Source of the DNA: Methanobacteriota archaeon
GTDB lineage: Archaea; Thermoplasmatota; Poseidoniia; Poseidoniales; Poseidoniaceae
Direction of reading: 5' to 3'
DNA: 64,000 nt
Assembly: GCA_018650165.1 (NCBI GenBank)
Contig: JABIGM010000033.1
Span: 3,036 to 67,035 of the forward strand
Part shown: piece by piece, positions 8,514-17,333 of the stretch
How positions within the stretch are numbered: the first letter of the stretch is position 1
Layout of the letters: every line of letters starts with the position of its first letter
Program-made: the position numbers and the translations under genes
Notes under the pieces: generated by a model
Databases searched by the model: none
Seen by the model: the letters and a program-made list of their open reading frames with translations, nothing else
Told to the model about the DNA's origin: nothing

Positions 8514-10100
8514 ATGAACCTTGCTTCGCGTGTGCAGTGGCCTCGAAGAGGCAAACGGTTGATGAGAGAGAACTCACACGGATGGTTGATGGCAAGTATT
8601 GAGGACGTTGTTGCGAGTTCCATGAGCATCAATTCGAGGCTACCTGCCCAACTTGAAAAAGCACTGGAGAGAAACATCGTACTGCGAATCGGTTGGACTA
8701 CCAATGGCGACCCGGTACCAAAAGATGGTGAGCTCGGACTTTGCCCTAACCTTCCAGACGGTTCTAAGGTGCGCAGTCTTGGCTACCTAGGACCTTTCAC
8801 AGCTGCCTTTGGACAGGGCGGAACATATACTCACCAAGGTGATGTTGGCTCATTCCTGGGCGCCGGCAATAATGGAAACAGAATCACCTGTGAGAGAACG
8901 GCCGGCCCATTTGCAGGATATGGACAAAAAAGTGGGCGTATTACTATCTTGGATGGTACTGGTGATGACGCTGGTGCCAAGATGAGTGGTGGGCTACTAA
9001 TCATTCGAGGAGATGCTGGAATCCGAATTGGCGGGGGCATGAGCGGAGGCGATATTGTCGTTCATGGAGATGTCTCTGGAGACCCCGGAGCAGGGATGAC
9101 CGGTGGCCGAATTATAGTAAATGGCCGTTGCCCTACACCACCTCCTGGAGTACAATTACGCACCCTTGAGAAATCAGAAGTTTCCCAAATTAACAAATTA
9201 CTTGGTGACGACGATTTACACATTCCAGCTGACGCTGTATGTTTGGTGCCAGAAGGGGATTTTGTTGAGGGAGTTATGGCGACATGCAAAGAAGATTTCT
9301 CTGGAATTTCACTCGTGCCCAATAGTTCTAATCACTTGCCAAACTATTCCACATGCGATACTGTTGCTCTAATTGGTAACGAAGAGGCCCTTGCCCTTCC
9401 AATACCCTTGCTCCCATACATACCTAAGGGAGTACAAGATGACTTATTCCATCCATGTTTAGTAAAAGAAAATCCTCGTGATTGTGACATAGTAATTATT
9501 GGTTCAGATAACATTGCTGAGGCGGCTAGGCTAGTGAAAGCGGCTGCCGGTTTTGCAGTAGACATGGATTCTCTGCCTCGATTAGATGGTGCATCAATAG
9601 ATGGATTGTTGGTGGCATTGCGTTGCATCGGAGGCCCTCTTTCAAAGGTCCTGATGGTTCGTGGCGTTGGCCAATCTACGGCGCTTCATGCTGATTCACA
9701 GCACCACGGTGCTGATGCCGCTGTGAGCATTCTAAATGATGGCAGTGGAATCTGCGCTGCTGGCGCTTTGCCAATAGTAGGTCGTTCTGCCACTTCGTCA
9801 CTCGATGAAAATTGCAAGGCCGCACTTTGGTTGCCATGGTCTGCATCTAGTGAAGATTTAGCAATTTTATGTTCCTCGAATATTTCGTTCACTATTTGTC
9901 CGGCCCCAGAAAAAGATGTGGCAGGCTGGATTGCTCAAATTACGGCTGCACTCTCTGCACATTTGAATCGACTTGGTCTAGCATCTATTGACTCACTTAC
10001 AAGAACTAATCTAAGAGCATGCGATCAAGACTCTGCAGCAGTTAGTGGCCTAAGATTAGTAGGCTACGACCGCCCTATGCCACACTGGTTTGCAAGGTGA
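8514..10100 (+). CDS. GXGXG-repeat protein (glutamate synthase domain-3/FwdC-like beta-helix) fused to a divergent GltB-like C-terminal region
   Basis: GNRITCERTAGPFAGYGQKSGRITILDGTGDDAGAKMSGGLLIIRGDAGIRIGGGMSGGDIVVHGDVSGDPGAGMTGGRIIVNG matches the GXGXG beta-helix. The C-terminal half only loosely resembles the FMN barrel (HHGADAAVSILNDGSGICAAGALP). The start is uncertain; alternative ATGs lie at 8562 and 8589. Confidence 0.6.
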   Translation: MNLASRVQWPRRGKRLMRENSHGWLMASIEDVVASSMSINSRLPAQLEKALERNIVLRIGWTTNGDPVPKDGELGLCPNLPDGSKVRSLGYLGPFTAAFGQGGTYTHQGDVGSFLGAGNNGNRITCERTAGPFAGYGQKSGRITILDGTGDDAGAKMSGGLLIIRGDAGIRIGGGMSGGDIVVHGDVSGDPGAGMTGGRIIVNGRCPTPPPGVQLRTLEKSEVSQINKLLGDDDLHIPADAVCLVPEGDFVEGVMATCKEDFSGISLVPNSSNHLPNYSTCDTVALIGNEEALALPIPLLPYIPKGVQDDLFHPCLVKENPRDCDIVIIGSDNIAEAARLVKAAAGFAVDMDSLPRLDGASIDGLLVALRCIGGPLSKVLMVRGVGQSTALHADSQHHGADAAVSILNDGSGICAAGALPIVGRSATSSLDENCKAALWLPWSASSEDLAILCSSNISFTICPAPEKDVAGWIAQITAALSAHLNRLGLASIDSLTRTNLRACDQDSAAVSGLRLVGYDRPMPHWFAR

Positions 10101-10104
10101 TTGA

Positions 10105-11772
10105 ATGCCGACCCTCAGCATCCAACAAGACCTGCTACGAGCACTAGTTGAATCTCGTGGTAGGAAACATGATGTTGCGGACATGGCATTCCGTTTACCC
10201 CTAATGGGAACTGACATAGATTCATGCGATGATGAAACTTTGGATATTGAAATATTCCCTGACCGCCCCGACCTACTCTCTCCTGAGACTCTCGTGCATG
10301 GAATGATGCCATTTTTACATGACTCACCCCCCCAACCACGTTTAGCAATTAATCCTGGGACCATTTCAATGCGAGTTTCCCCCGAAATCAAAAATATACG
10401 ACCAGTGATTTTGGGTGCTGTAATACGAGGCGTAAAGATAACTGAGGAAATAATCAAGCGACTCATGGACCACCAAGAAAAATTACATTTTGCTCTAGGT
10501 CGTGGAAGAAAACGTGCTTCGATAGGGGTACATGATTTAGCAACCCTAACTCCACCTTTCCGAGTCGAAGCGGTTAGCCGTGACCATGCATTCACCCCTT
10601 TGGCAATGGAACAGGATATGAGTATTGAGAAAATACTTTCAGAGCATCCGAAAGGTGTGGATTATGCACATTTATTAGAGGGGATGGAGAAGGTTCCTGT
10701 CATAATAGATGCAAATAATTCAGTATTATCATTCCCACCAATCATAAATGGAAACCATACTACAGTAACTGAAAATACCCGTGACTTATTCATTGATGTT
10801 ACTGGATTTGATTCTCGCGCATGTGAATCTTCGTTAATGCTGATATGCCTGCAACTGGCAGTGCTTGGAGGTAAGATTGAGTCTGTGCGAGTAACAACTT
10901 GCGAGGGTAGTGATTGGAGCATTGATGGCTCTCCAAAAGAGCACTTTGTCGAGAGAAATCTGGTTGAAGGGATTCTTGGAAACGCCTTCACCGATGACCA
11001 AATTGAAGATTCTATTCGAAGGATGGGTGGAGTTTACAACGGAGACACATCTGGAGTTCTTTCGATTTCTATGCCTCGATGGCGATATGACATACTCCAC
11101 CCAATTGACTTAGTTGAAGAAGTAGCAATCGGGCATGGGTATGATGACCTTGCATATGACGTCCCTAAATCTCCACTCACGGCAATTCCGCGAAGCGATG
11201 GACAACTCCGTCGTCGAATTCGCGAAGCTCTACAGGGCTTGAGCCTTATTCAGATTCAATCTTTGACACTTTCAAATGATTCTGACCAATTTACATCAGT
11301 TCGGTGGAAAGCAGATGGCGCAATTACTCGAATGACTAATCCAATAACGACAGAACACACTATACTGCGACAAAATATTCTCCCCGGTCTATTGCGCCTA
11401 CTAGCTGCTAACCGTCATCACGATTTACCGCAAGGCGTCTATGAATTGGGGACTGTTGTTGTCGACCACAAAAACCGTGACCGCTTTGCATTCTTGGTCG
11501 CCGAAAGAACTGGTGGATTCGCATCATTACGAGGGAGAATTCAGGCGCTAATGCGTGACCTGGGATGCTCGAATTGGTCACTGGAAACTATCGAGCGTGG
11601 GCCTTGGCTTCCCGGTAGATCTGCATCTATTGTTGTCGAAGGAGTTGTTATTGGCGAGTGCGGTGAAATCGACCCTCTGGTTTCTGAGTCTTTCGAACTT
11701 AATGTGCCAATGAGTGGGGCACAGATAGACGTCACTGCTCTGGCAAGTGTTCTTGAAGACCCAGTTCACTGA
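10105..11772 (+). CDS. pheT: Phenylalanine--tRNA ligase beta subunit (archaeal type)
   Basis: MPTLSIQQDLLRAL...DIEIFPDRPDLLSPETLV is the B3/B4 N-terminal pattern of archaeal PheT. The product is 555 aa. SD AGGTGA overlaps the upstream stop, 4 nt before the ATG. Confidence 0.9.
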   Translation: MPTLSIQQDLLRALVESRGRKHDVADMAFRLPLMGTDIDSCDDETLDIEIFPDRPDLLSPETLVHGMMPFLHDSPPQPRLAINPGTISMRVSPEIKNIRPVILGAVIRGVKITEEIIKRLMDHQEKLHFALGRGRKRASIGVHDLATLTPPFRVEAVSRDHAFTPLAMEQDMSIEKILSEHPKGVDYAHLLEGMEKVPVIIDANNSVLSFPPIINGNHTTVTENTRDLFIDVTGFDSRACESSLMLICLQLAVLGGKIESVRVTTCEGSDWSIDGSPKEHFVERNLVEGILGNAFTDDQIEDSIRRMGGVYNGDTSGVLSISMPRWRYDILHPIDLVEEVAIGHGYDDLAYDVPKSPLTAIPRSDGQLRRRIREALQGLSLIQIQSLTLSNDSDQFTSVRWKADGAITRMTNPITTEHTILRQNILPGLLRLLAANRHHDLPQGVYELGTVVVDHKNRDRFAFLVAERTGGFASLRGRIQALMRDLGCSNWSLETIERGPWLPGRSASIVVEGVVIGECGEIDPLVSESFELNVPMSGAQIDVTALASVLEDPVH

Positions 11773-11864
11773 ATTTGAACTTTTGACTTTGAAACTGAAA
11801 TACATGTCCGATTCGTCGCACATATATTCCGTTCCATTGAAAGGTAGTACGGTTTCGAGAATTT

Positions 11865-14246
11865 ATGCGCCGCGTCATAATTGTGCTCATTATCCTAATG
11901 ATGCTACCACAAATGCCGGTGAGTGCTGAGGAAAAACCATTCGTGTTTTACCTTGACGAAGATGTAGTAATTCACCCAGGTGAAACTGTTCCATTTAGGG
12001 TGGCATGGCATAATATTGTTGGATTTGAACGGCACTTTGAGATCAGCGTCAATCAAGCACATCAAAATGTAACCGTTGATAATCTTCCTGAAAATGGTAC
12101 ACGTGTTGCATCAGGGAGATTGGGAGAAATGAATATCAATCTAACAGTTGAACCAGATTCTAACTATGAAACAATTCAATTTTCCCTCCTAATCACATGT
12201 CAAGAAGTACCCGATTGGAATGAAACTTTTGAGGTAGATGTATTGGTTTCTCGATGGTCTAATCTAGCATTCGGTGCGAATGATGGCTCATCGTTTTATG
12301 TTCAACAAAATGTGAATACTAGTTTAGCAGTTAATATCTCAAATACTGCTGGATTTGATGATTTTGTGAAAATTAGTATGAGTACATCATCTGAGTGGGA
12401 GTTTGGGTTTGTTGACGATTCTAATGGTGATAATCAAGTACATTTAGATCTACTAAATGGAACAGATGTATTCATTTATTTTTGGATAATAACTCCCTCA
12501 GTTCAAGACGGCGCACCCCTGGCAGGAACTGGTCCAACTTTCCATCTTGAAGCAGAATCGGGGCTGGATAGACAGGTTGCCAGTTGGACCTTTGGTTTGG
12601 AAATGCAAACATTCCATAACATAACTATCGACCAAGTGAATAACAATCTCAGCCTAAACCCGGGAGATAATGGGCGCATTGAAATATCCGTTAGAAATAA
12701 TGGGAATATTGACACGTACCTTGATGCGTCTTTACGACTCGGCTCTATTACAGATGACAGAATTGAACAAGATGGCTGGACAATTGCACTATTCAATGCA
12801 TTTGAGTTCCAAGCTTTGTCACCGAATGAATCAAGAATTATTGAGATCGGATTTGATGCCCCAAACTTGAACAGTGGAGCAAAGGAAGTGGAACTCATTA
12901 TCCGTCCGCTTGCATATCAACAAAGAGTTAGCTCAGTTAGTGTATCTGCTGAGATCGAATGGCAACGCGGTGGCGTACTGGAAATTGATGAAAACACCTG
13001 TTACGCAGTTGCTTGGAATCAGACATGCCAACGATTGGTTACCATACAAAACACTGGTAATTACTTTGATGAGTATTCACTACATTTAGTAGATAGTAGT
13101 GGAATGGATTTTGAAGTTACTTCGAATATGATTGGCCTTTCACGTGGAGGGATTAGTGAAGGTATTCCACTTAATATGACACCTTTCACAAATGCTGAAG
13201 GTTTGCTACCGGCGTCCGTCACCTTAGAATTACACAGTACAGAGGGAGCACTTCTCGATTCAATTACTACTTCGACAAGTACTGCGCCAAGTGTAAATTG
13301 GATTTGGGAGGATGCTAAGAGTACTGTCTCCGATGGTAAACTCGAGGTTGTAATTACTATGCGGAATGAAGGTAATACCGCTGATGGATTAATTGTACGG
13401 ATGTCTTCATCATACTATACAGATATGAGTTTCATACCTCCTACAAATTCTATTGTAGAGGATGGTAGTTCTAACATTAGGTCGTTTGAAATCATAGATA
13501 TATCCAAGGGTGAAAATTTCACATTTAGAGCATGGGCAGATATTCCTGATGACCAAGGAGCAAGTGATGAATTCTTTCTAAATATAACCGCACATAGCCG
13601 TTTAGCCGAAGATCATCCATTCACATATTCTGCAAATTCCTCATTTGATGCGGAAGAAAAAACGGAAGGTGACGATAATTCTGTGATCAATTCACTTTCG
13701 AACTTTGTTTCCGATGTAGGGTCTCTTATATGGGCATGGAAATGGATTGTCATGGCCGCAATGGTTAGTGGAATAATGATTAACAAATCACTTCGTGATA
13801 GACAAGCGCGACTTGAGGAAGAAGCCCTAATGGCGCCGTCAGTTCAAGAAAACCAACAACCTGAAAATTGGATGGAAGAGTTTGCAAACAAGAAACAAAT
13901 TGTACCTGAACCTGTAACTTCTCCGCAAATCCCTGAAAGTGTGTTCACTGGTATGTTCCAAGCAGTTAGTGGTCCTGCGAAACCAAGTGCTGAACCAGTT
14001 GATGCAACTTTAGTCGGTGCAGCAAGTACTGTTCTTGATTATCACGATACCGTTGCCACTAAAGCACGTCTCGATGATTTGACCACTGATATTGCGATTG
14101 AAGGAGTCAGCAAGCCACATGTTGCCAATGTTGCGCTACCTGACAACATCGTTCCAGTTACTGAGAGAACAGTTCCAATCACAAAGGCGTCGCCAGAAAT
14201 TCCTGAAATTCCTGAAATGTTAGATCTTGACGACCTAGATTTGTAG
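11865..14246 (+). CDS. Secreted type-I membrane-anchored surface protein with Ig/CARDB-like repeats (793 aa), function unknown
   Basis: Signal peptide MRRVIIVLIILMMLPQMPVSAEE. Repeated modules: ISVRNNGNIDTYLD, TIQNTGNYFDEYSL, ITMRNEGNTADGLIV. TM WKWIVMAAMVSGIMI, then a tail of about 170 aa ending EIPEIPEMLDLDDLDL. Confidence 0.7.
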   Translation: MRRVIIVLIILMMLPQMPVSAEEKPFVFYLDEDVVIHPGETVPFRVAWHNIVGFERHFEISVNQAHQNVTVDNLPENGTRVASGRLGEMNINLTVEPDSNYETIQFSLLITCQEVPDWNETFEVDVLVSRWSNLAFGANDGSSFYVQQNVNTSLAVNISNTAGFDDFVKISMSTSSEWEFGFVDDSNGDNQVHLDLLNGTDVFIYFWIITPSVQDGAPLAGTGPTFHLEAESGLDRQVASWTFGLEMQTFHNITIDQVNNNLSLNPGDNGRIEISVRNNGNIDTYLDASLRLGSITDDRIEQDGWTIALFNAFEFQALSPNESRIIEIGFDAPNLNSGAKEVELIIRPLAYQQRVSSVSVSAEIEWQRGGVLEIDENTCYAVAWNQTCQRLVTIQNTGNYFDEYSLHLVDSSGMDFEVTSNMIGLSRGGISEGIPLNMTPFTNAEGLLPASVTLELHSTEGALLDSITTSTSTAPSVNWIWEDAKSTVSDGKLEVVITMRNEGNTADGLIVRMSSSYYTDMSFIPPTNSIVEDGSSNIRSFEIIDISKGENFTFRAWADIPDDQGASDEFFLNITAHSRLAEDHPFTYSANSSFDAEEKTEGDDNSVINSLSNFVSDVGSLIWAWKWIVMAAMVSGIMINKSLRDRQARLEEEALMAPSVQENQQPENWMEEFANKKQIVPEPVTSPQIPESVFTGMFQAVSGPAKPSAEPVDATLVGAASTVLDYHDTVATKARLDDLTTDIAIEGVSKPHVANVALPDNIVPVTERTVPITKASPEIPEIPEMLDLDDLDL

Positions 14247-14250
14247 GTGT
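14244..14250 (+). promoter_or_regulatory. Shine-Dalgarno TAGGTGT overlapping the stop of the 793-aa surface protein gene (coupling to rnhB)
   Basis: gatttgTAGGTGTtagaATGaat. Confidence 0.5.
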
Positions 14251-14254
14251 TAGA

Positions 14255-14890
14255 ATGAATATTGGAGTTGATGAAGCGGGACGGGGACCAGTAATTGGCC
14301 CACTTGTCGTATGTGCATTCGCCTCTACATCACAGTCTTTTTTGCGCGAACTTGGTGTCAAGGATTCCAAAGACCTAAGTAAAAAACGGCGAAATGAATT
14401 ATTTGAAACACTATCAAATATGCCTCATAGTGTTGTTATTTGCTCTCCAGAACGTATAGATAAATCCGACAATCTCAATACACTGGAAGTTGAACTATTT
14501 GCAGAGGCGATTTCATCAATGCCAGAAGGTGAAATAATGTTAGATGCTTGCGATGTAAATGCCAACAGATTTGCAAATAATGTTTCGAAACTTTCTGGTC
14601 GTGATTGTGAGGCCGAGCACAAAGCCGATGAAAATCACCCAGAAGTTAGTGCTGCTAGTATTATCGCTAAAGTTACCCGCGACCGATTAATCACTGAACT
14701 TTCACAAGACTTGGGATTTGATATTGGAAGTGGATATCCTTCTGATCCTAAAACTAAGGCAGCCGTTATTGAGTTAGTCAAAGGCGACAAGCCCCACGAT
14801 TGTTTACGATGGTCCTGGAAGACTGTTGAGAATGCCTGGGGAGGAACTCCTCCTCCACGCCCTAATTCTGGACAGCATACCTTATTTTGA
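14255..14890 (+). CDS. rnhB: Ribonuclease HII
   Basis: MNIGVDEAGRGPVIGPLVVCAF (DEAGRG active site), ...SAASIIAKVTRD..., GSGYPSDP. Confidence 0.9.
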   Translation: MNIGVDEAGRGPVIGPLVVCAFASTSQSFLRELGVKDSKDLSKKRRNELFETLSNMPHSVVICSPERIDKSDNLNTLEVELFAEAISSMPEGEIMLDACDVNANRFANNVSKLSGRDCEAEHKADENHPEVSAASIIAKVTRDRLITELSQDLGFDIGSGYPSDPKTKAAVIELVKGDKPHDCLRWSWKTVENAWGGTPPPRPNSGQHTLF

Positions 14891-14915
14891 ATAACTAAAG
14901 GCCCCACGCCCAAAC

Positions 14916-16586
14916 ATGGAGTGGCAGCCGGACCAAGCAATAACGGACCTAATTCGGCACTTAGCATTACAAAATAGTCTACAATACTCCGGCAAGGGAC
15001 AAGCCGGTTCAGTCATTAGTAGAATCATGGGTAGCAGGGCCGATTTGCGGCCATATGGCAAGCACATAGCCCCACTTGTTGCCAAGGCCGTAGCAGAAGC
15101 TAACTCGAAAGCAGAAACGGATGGCTTAGATTCAATTACCGCAATTTTAGAGGCTGAGGCCCCTGAATTGCTAGAACGTAAAATCCAGAAACGCCGAGAA
15201 GGTTTACCAGAACTACCTAATTTAGATGGAAGGAAACCCGTCCTAAGATTTGCACCAAATCCTAACGGCCACCTCTCATTTGGTCATTCACGAGGTCTCG
15301 TAATAAATGGACAATATGCCAAGGAACTAGGTGGTGAACTAATTCTAAGGTTTGATGATACTGACACAACAGTGAAACCCCCAATGATGGCAGCATATGA
15401 TTCAATTCCAAAGCAGCAAGAATGGCTGTGTGGCTTTCCAGCCCACCGCATAGTTATCGCAAGTGAAAGAATGGAATTCTATCATGACCATGCCAGACAA
15501 ATGCTCGAAGGTGGCTTTGGTTATGTGTGCACTTGCTCTGGAGATGATTTCAAAGAGCATCGGGTAGCCATGACAAAATGCCCTTGCCGTGATAATGAAA
15601 TTAGTACCAATTTAGAGAAATGGGGTCTGATGAATGACCCTGCGGCTTACCAGCCGGGCGATGCTGTCCTAAGAGTGAAAACTGATATGACACTGAAAAA
15701 TCCGGCCCTCAGAGATTGGCCTGCTGCCCGAATTCAAATTAATCCCCATCCAAGAGTGGGTAACAAATGGCGTGTTTGGCCACTATTGGATTTCCAATCT
15801 GCTGTCGAAGATCACCTACAAGGAGTTACTCACATTATTAGAGGAAAGGACCTCATGGATTCCACACGCAAACAAACTTTACTCTATGCCCACTTCGGAT
15901 GGACCTATCCTGATACGATTTACTGGGGGCGTGTCAAAGTTCATGAATTCGGTGTATTCTCCACTTCACAAATGCGAAGGGACATTGATGCAGGTCTGTT
16001 TAGTGATTGGGATGACCCTCGTTTACCGACTCTTGCGGCACTATCCCGAAGAGGGATTAAGCCTGATGCTCTTCGTGCATTTTGGATTGAATTAGGCTTG
16101 ACTCAGAAAGATATTGCTGTTCCATTAAGCACATTATACTCCCACAATACAAAGGCGATTGATTCTACATCCCCGCGCCTAGCATTTATCAGGAACCCTG
16201 TGCCACTCGTGCTAACAGGAAATTTGCCGCGTAAGGGAAGTATTACTTCGCATCCAGATACAGATATGCCAACAAGAGATTATTCTATTGATGAGGGTGT
16301 TTGGATTGAAAAAGAAGATTCGGGTAAATCTATTCGCTTGAAAGATTTGTGTGACGTTGATAAAGACGGAAATGTCGAGAGTATCGATAGAAGTGACAAA
16401 CGTGGAATCATTCACTGGGTAGCAGGTGGTAAGCCATCGAAGTTAACAATCGCAGCAGGCCAAGACCTACTTGTGGTCGAAGGTATTTTGGAAGATAATA
16501 ACCATCCAATTGGTACAATTGTTCAATTAGAGAGAATTGGATACGGGATAGTTGAAGAAGACGGCTTGCTCATGGTCCATGATTGA
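14916..16586 (+). CDS. gltX: Glutamate--tRNA ligase (archaeal/eukaryotic type)
   Basis: RFAPNPNGHLSFGHSRG (HIGH-type), RFDDTD, IIRGKD, VFSTSQMR (KMSKS-equivalent). The product is 556 aa. Confidence 0.9.
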   Translation: MEWQPDQAITDLIRHLALQNSLQYSGKGQAGSVISRIMGSRADLRPYGKHIAPLVAKAVAEANSKAETDGLDSITAILEAEAPELLERKIQKRREGLPELPNLDGRKPVLRFAPNPNGHLSFGHSRGLVINGQYAKELGGELILRFDDTDTTVKPPMMAAYDSIPKQQEWLCGFPAHRIVIASERMEFYHDHARQMLEGGFGYVCTCSGDDFKEHRVAMTKCPCRDNEISTNLEKWGLMNDPAAYQPGDAVLRVKTDMTLKNPALRDWPAARIQINPHPRVGNKWRVWPLLDFQSAVEDHLQGVTHIIRGKDLMDSTRKQTLLYAHFGWTYPDTIYWGRVKVHEFGVFSTSQMRRDIDAGLFSDWDDPRLPTLAALSRRGIKPDALRAFWIELGLTQKDIAVPLSTLYSHNTKAIDSTSPRLAFIRNPVPLVLTGNLPRKGSITSHPDTDMPTRDYSIDEGVWIEKEDSGKSIRLKDLCDVDKDGNVESIDRSDKRGIIHWVAGGKPSKLTIAAGQDLLVVEGILEDNNHPIGTIVQLERIGYGIVEEDGLLMVHD

Positions 16587-16836
16587 GAGTAATTGGCTCT
16601 CCATCATCAGTTGTAATCACAAATTTTGGCTGCCATTTGGCACACTCATCTGGCAAAGGGTCTACTAGAACATCTAATTCACAGACACTACCGCAGTTTC
16701 CACTCCTTACGAGGTGTTCTACCAACAGTATGCCGAGAATTTTTTCTTTACCCCAAACGACTAACGCATCGTACATTTCTAGTCGAACTTTGGCTTCATC
16801 AAGTGAATCTTCCGCCCCGATAGTTGAGAATTCCAT
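16570..16836 (-). CDS. Hypothetical small protein (88 aa) with a CBS-like half motif
   Basis: MEFSTIGAEDSLDEAKVRLEMYDALVVWGKEKILGILLVEHL has balanced acidic composition. GGAG lies 4 nt upstream of ATG 16836. The competing plus-strand ORFs are Ser-rich and look like shadows. Converges on and overlaps the gltX 3' end by 17 nt. Confidence 0.4.
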   Translation of the reverse strand: MEFSTIGAEDSLDEAKVRLEMYDALVVWGKEKILGILLVEHLVRSGNCGSVCELDVLVDPLPDECAKWQPKFVITTDDGEPITLNHGP

Positions 16837-16910
16837 ATGCTCCACTCATGGAGTCGGTTCTTGATTATCTCGATAGGTGGTTTCAAGAATGTTGGCGTTT
16901 AGGAGGGACT

Positions 16911-17261
16911 ATGGCAATCGAACGGCTTCTAACAGGAAATCTTGGTTCGCAGGTAAAAGAATTGATGGCAACAGAGGATATTCTAATCGAGGCTGTACGT
17001 GATATGGTCAAAGATGAAATCAAAACTTACATCCGTGAAAAAGTCGATGCTGACGAGGATTTGAAGGGTGAAATTAAGGAAGCAATTTCCTACTATTTCA
17101 ACGCTAAAGCTCGTTCGGTTTATGCAGAATTAAAGGCAAGTAGAGCCGCAGCAAGATTGGGGCTAAGAATTCTGCCAGATGAACTTCAAGGTGAAGTTGG
17201 TGAGGCATTAGTTGGGCTATTTGAAAAAGAACTCGGTAACCTTCTTGAAAAGGCACTTTGA
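16911..17261 (+). CDS. Hypothetical helical cytoplasmic protein (116 aa)
   Basis: A strong SD AGGAGGG (16901-16907) precedes ATG 16911. MAIERLLTGNLGSQVKELMATEDILIEAVRDMVKDEIKTYIREKV... is charged and helical. I recognise no family. Confidence 0.5.
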   Translation: MAIERLLTGNLGSQVKELMATEDILIEAVRDMVKDEIKTYIREKVDADEDLKGEIKEAISYYFNAKARSVYAELKASRAAARLGLRILPDELQGEVGEALVGLFEKELGNLLEKAL

Positions 17262-17333
17262 GCCACTTTGGGCTCAGATGGCCACAGTTTTGAAGAGGGT
17301 TGGACTCACAGACGGTGTTAGGTGAATCCACCT

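Noticed and set aside
8186-8602. 138-aa plus-strand ORF overlapping gap
   Set aside because: It is entirely antisense to a confidently identified GAPDH gene and has no recognisable motifs.
10056-10595. 179-aa minus-strand ORF overlapping the pheT 5' region
   Set aside because: It is antisense to pheT, and its Arg/Ser-rich composition is typical of shadow ORFs.
11822-11828. TATA-like ATATATT about 40 nt upstream of the 793-aa gene
   Set aside because: It is plausible as an archaeal TATA box, but it is a single weak AT hexamer-type match with no BRE that I can defend, so it is not reported as a feature.
16583-16864. 93-aa and 65-aa plus-strand ORFs competing with the minus-strand 88-aa gene
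   Set aside because: They are Ser/Thr/Pro-rich with no SD. The minus-strand product has balanced composition and a GGAG upstream. Even so, the minus-strand call is only low confidence.
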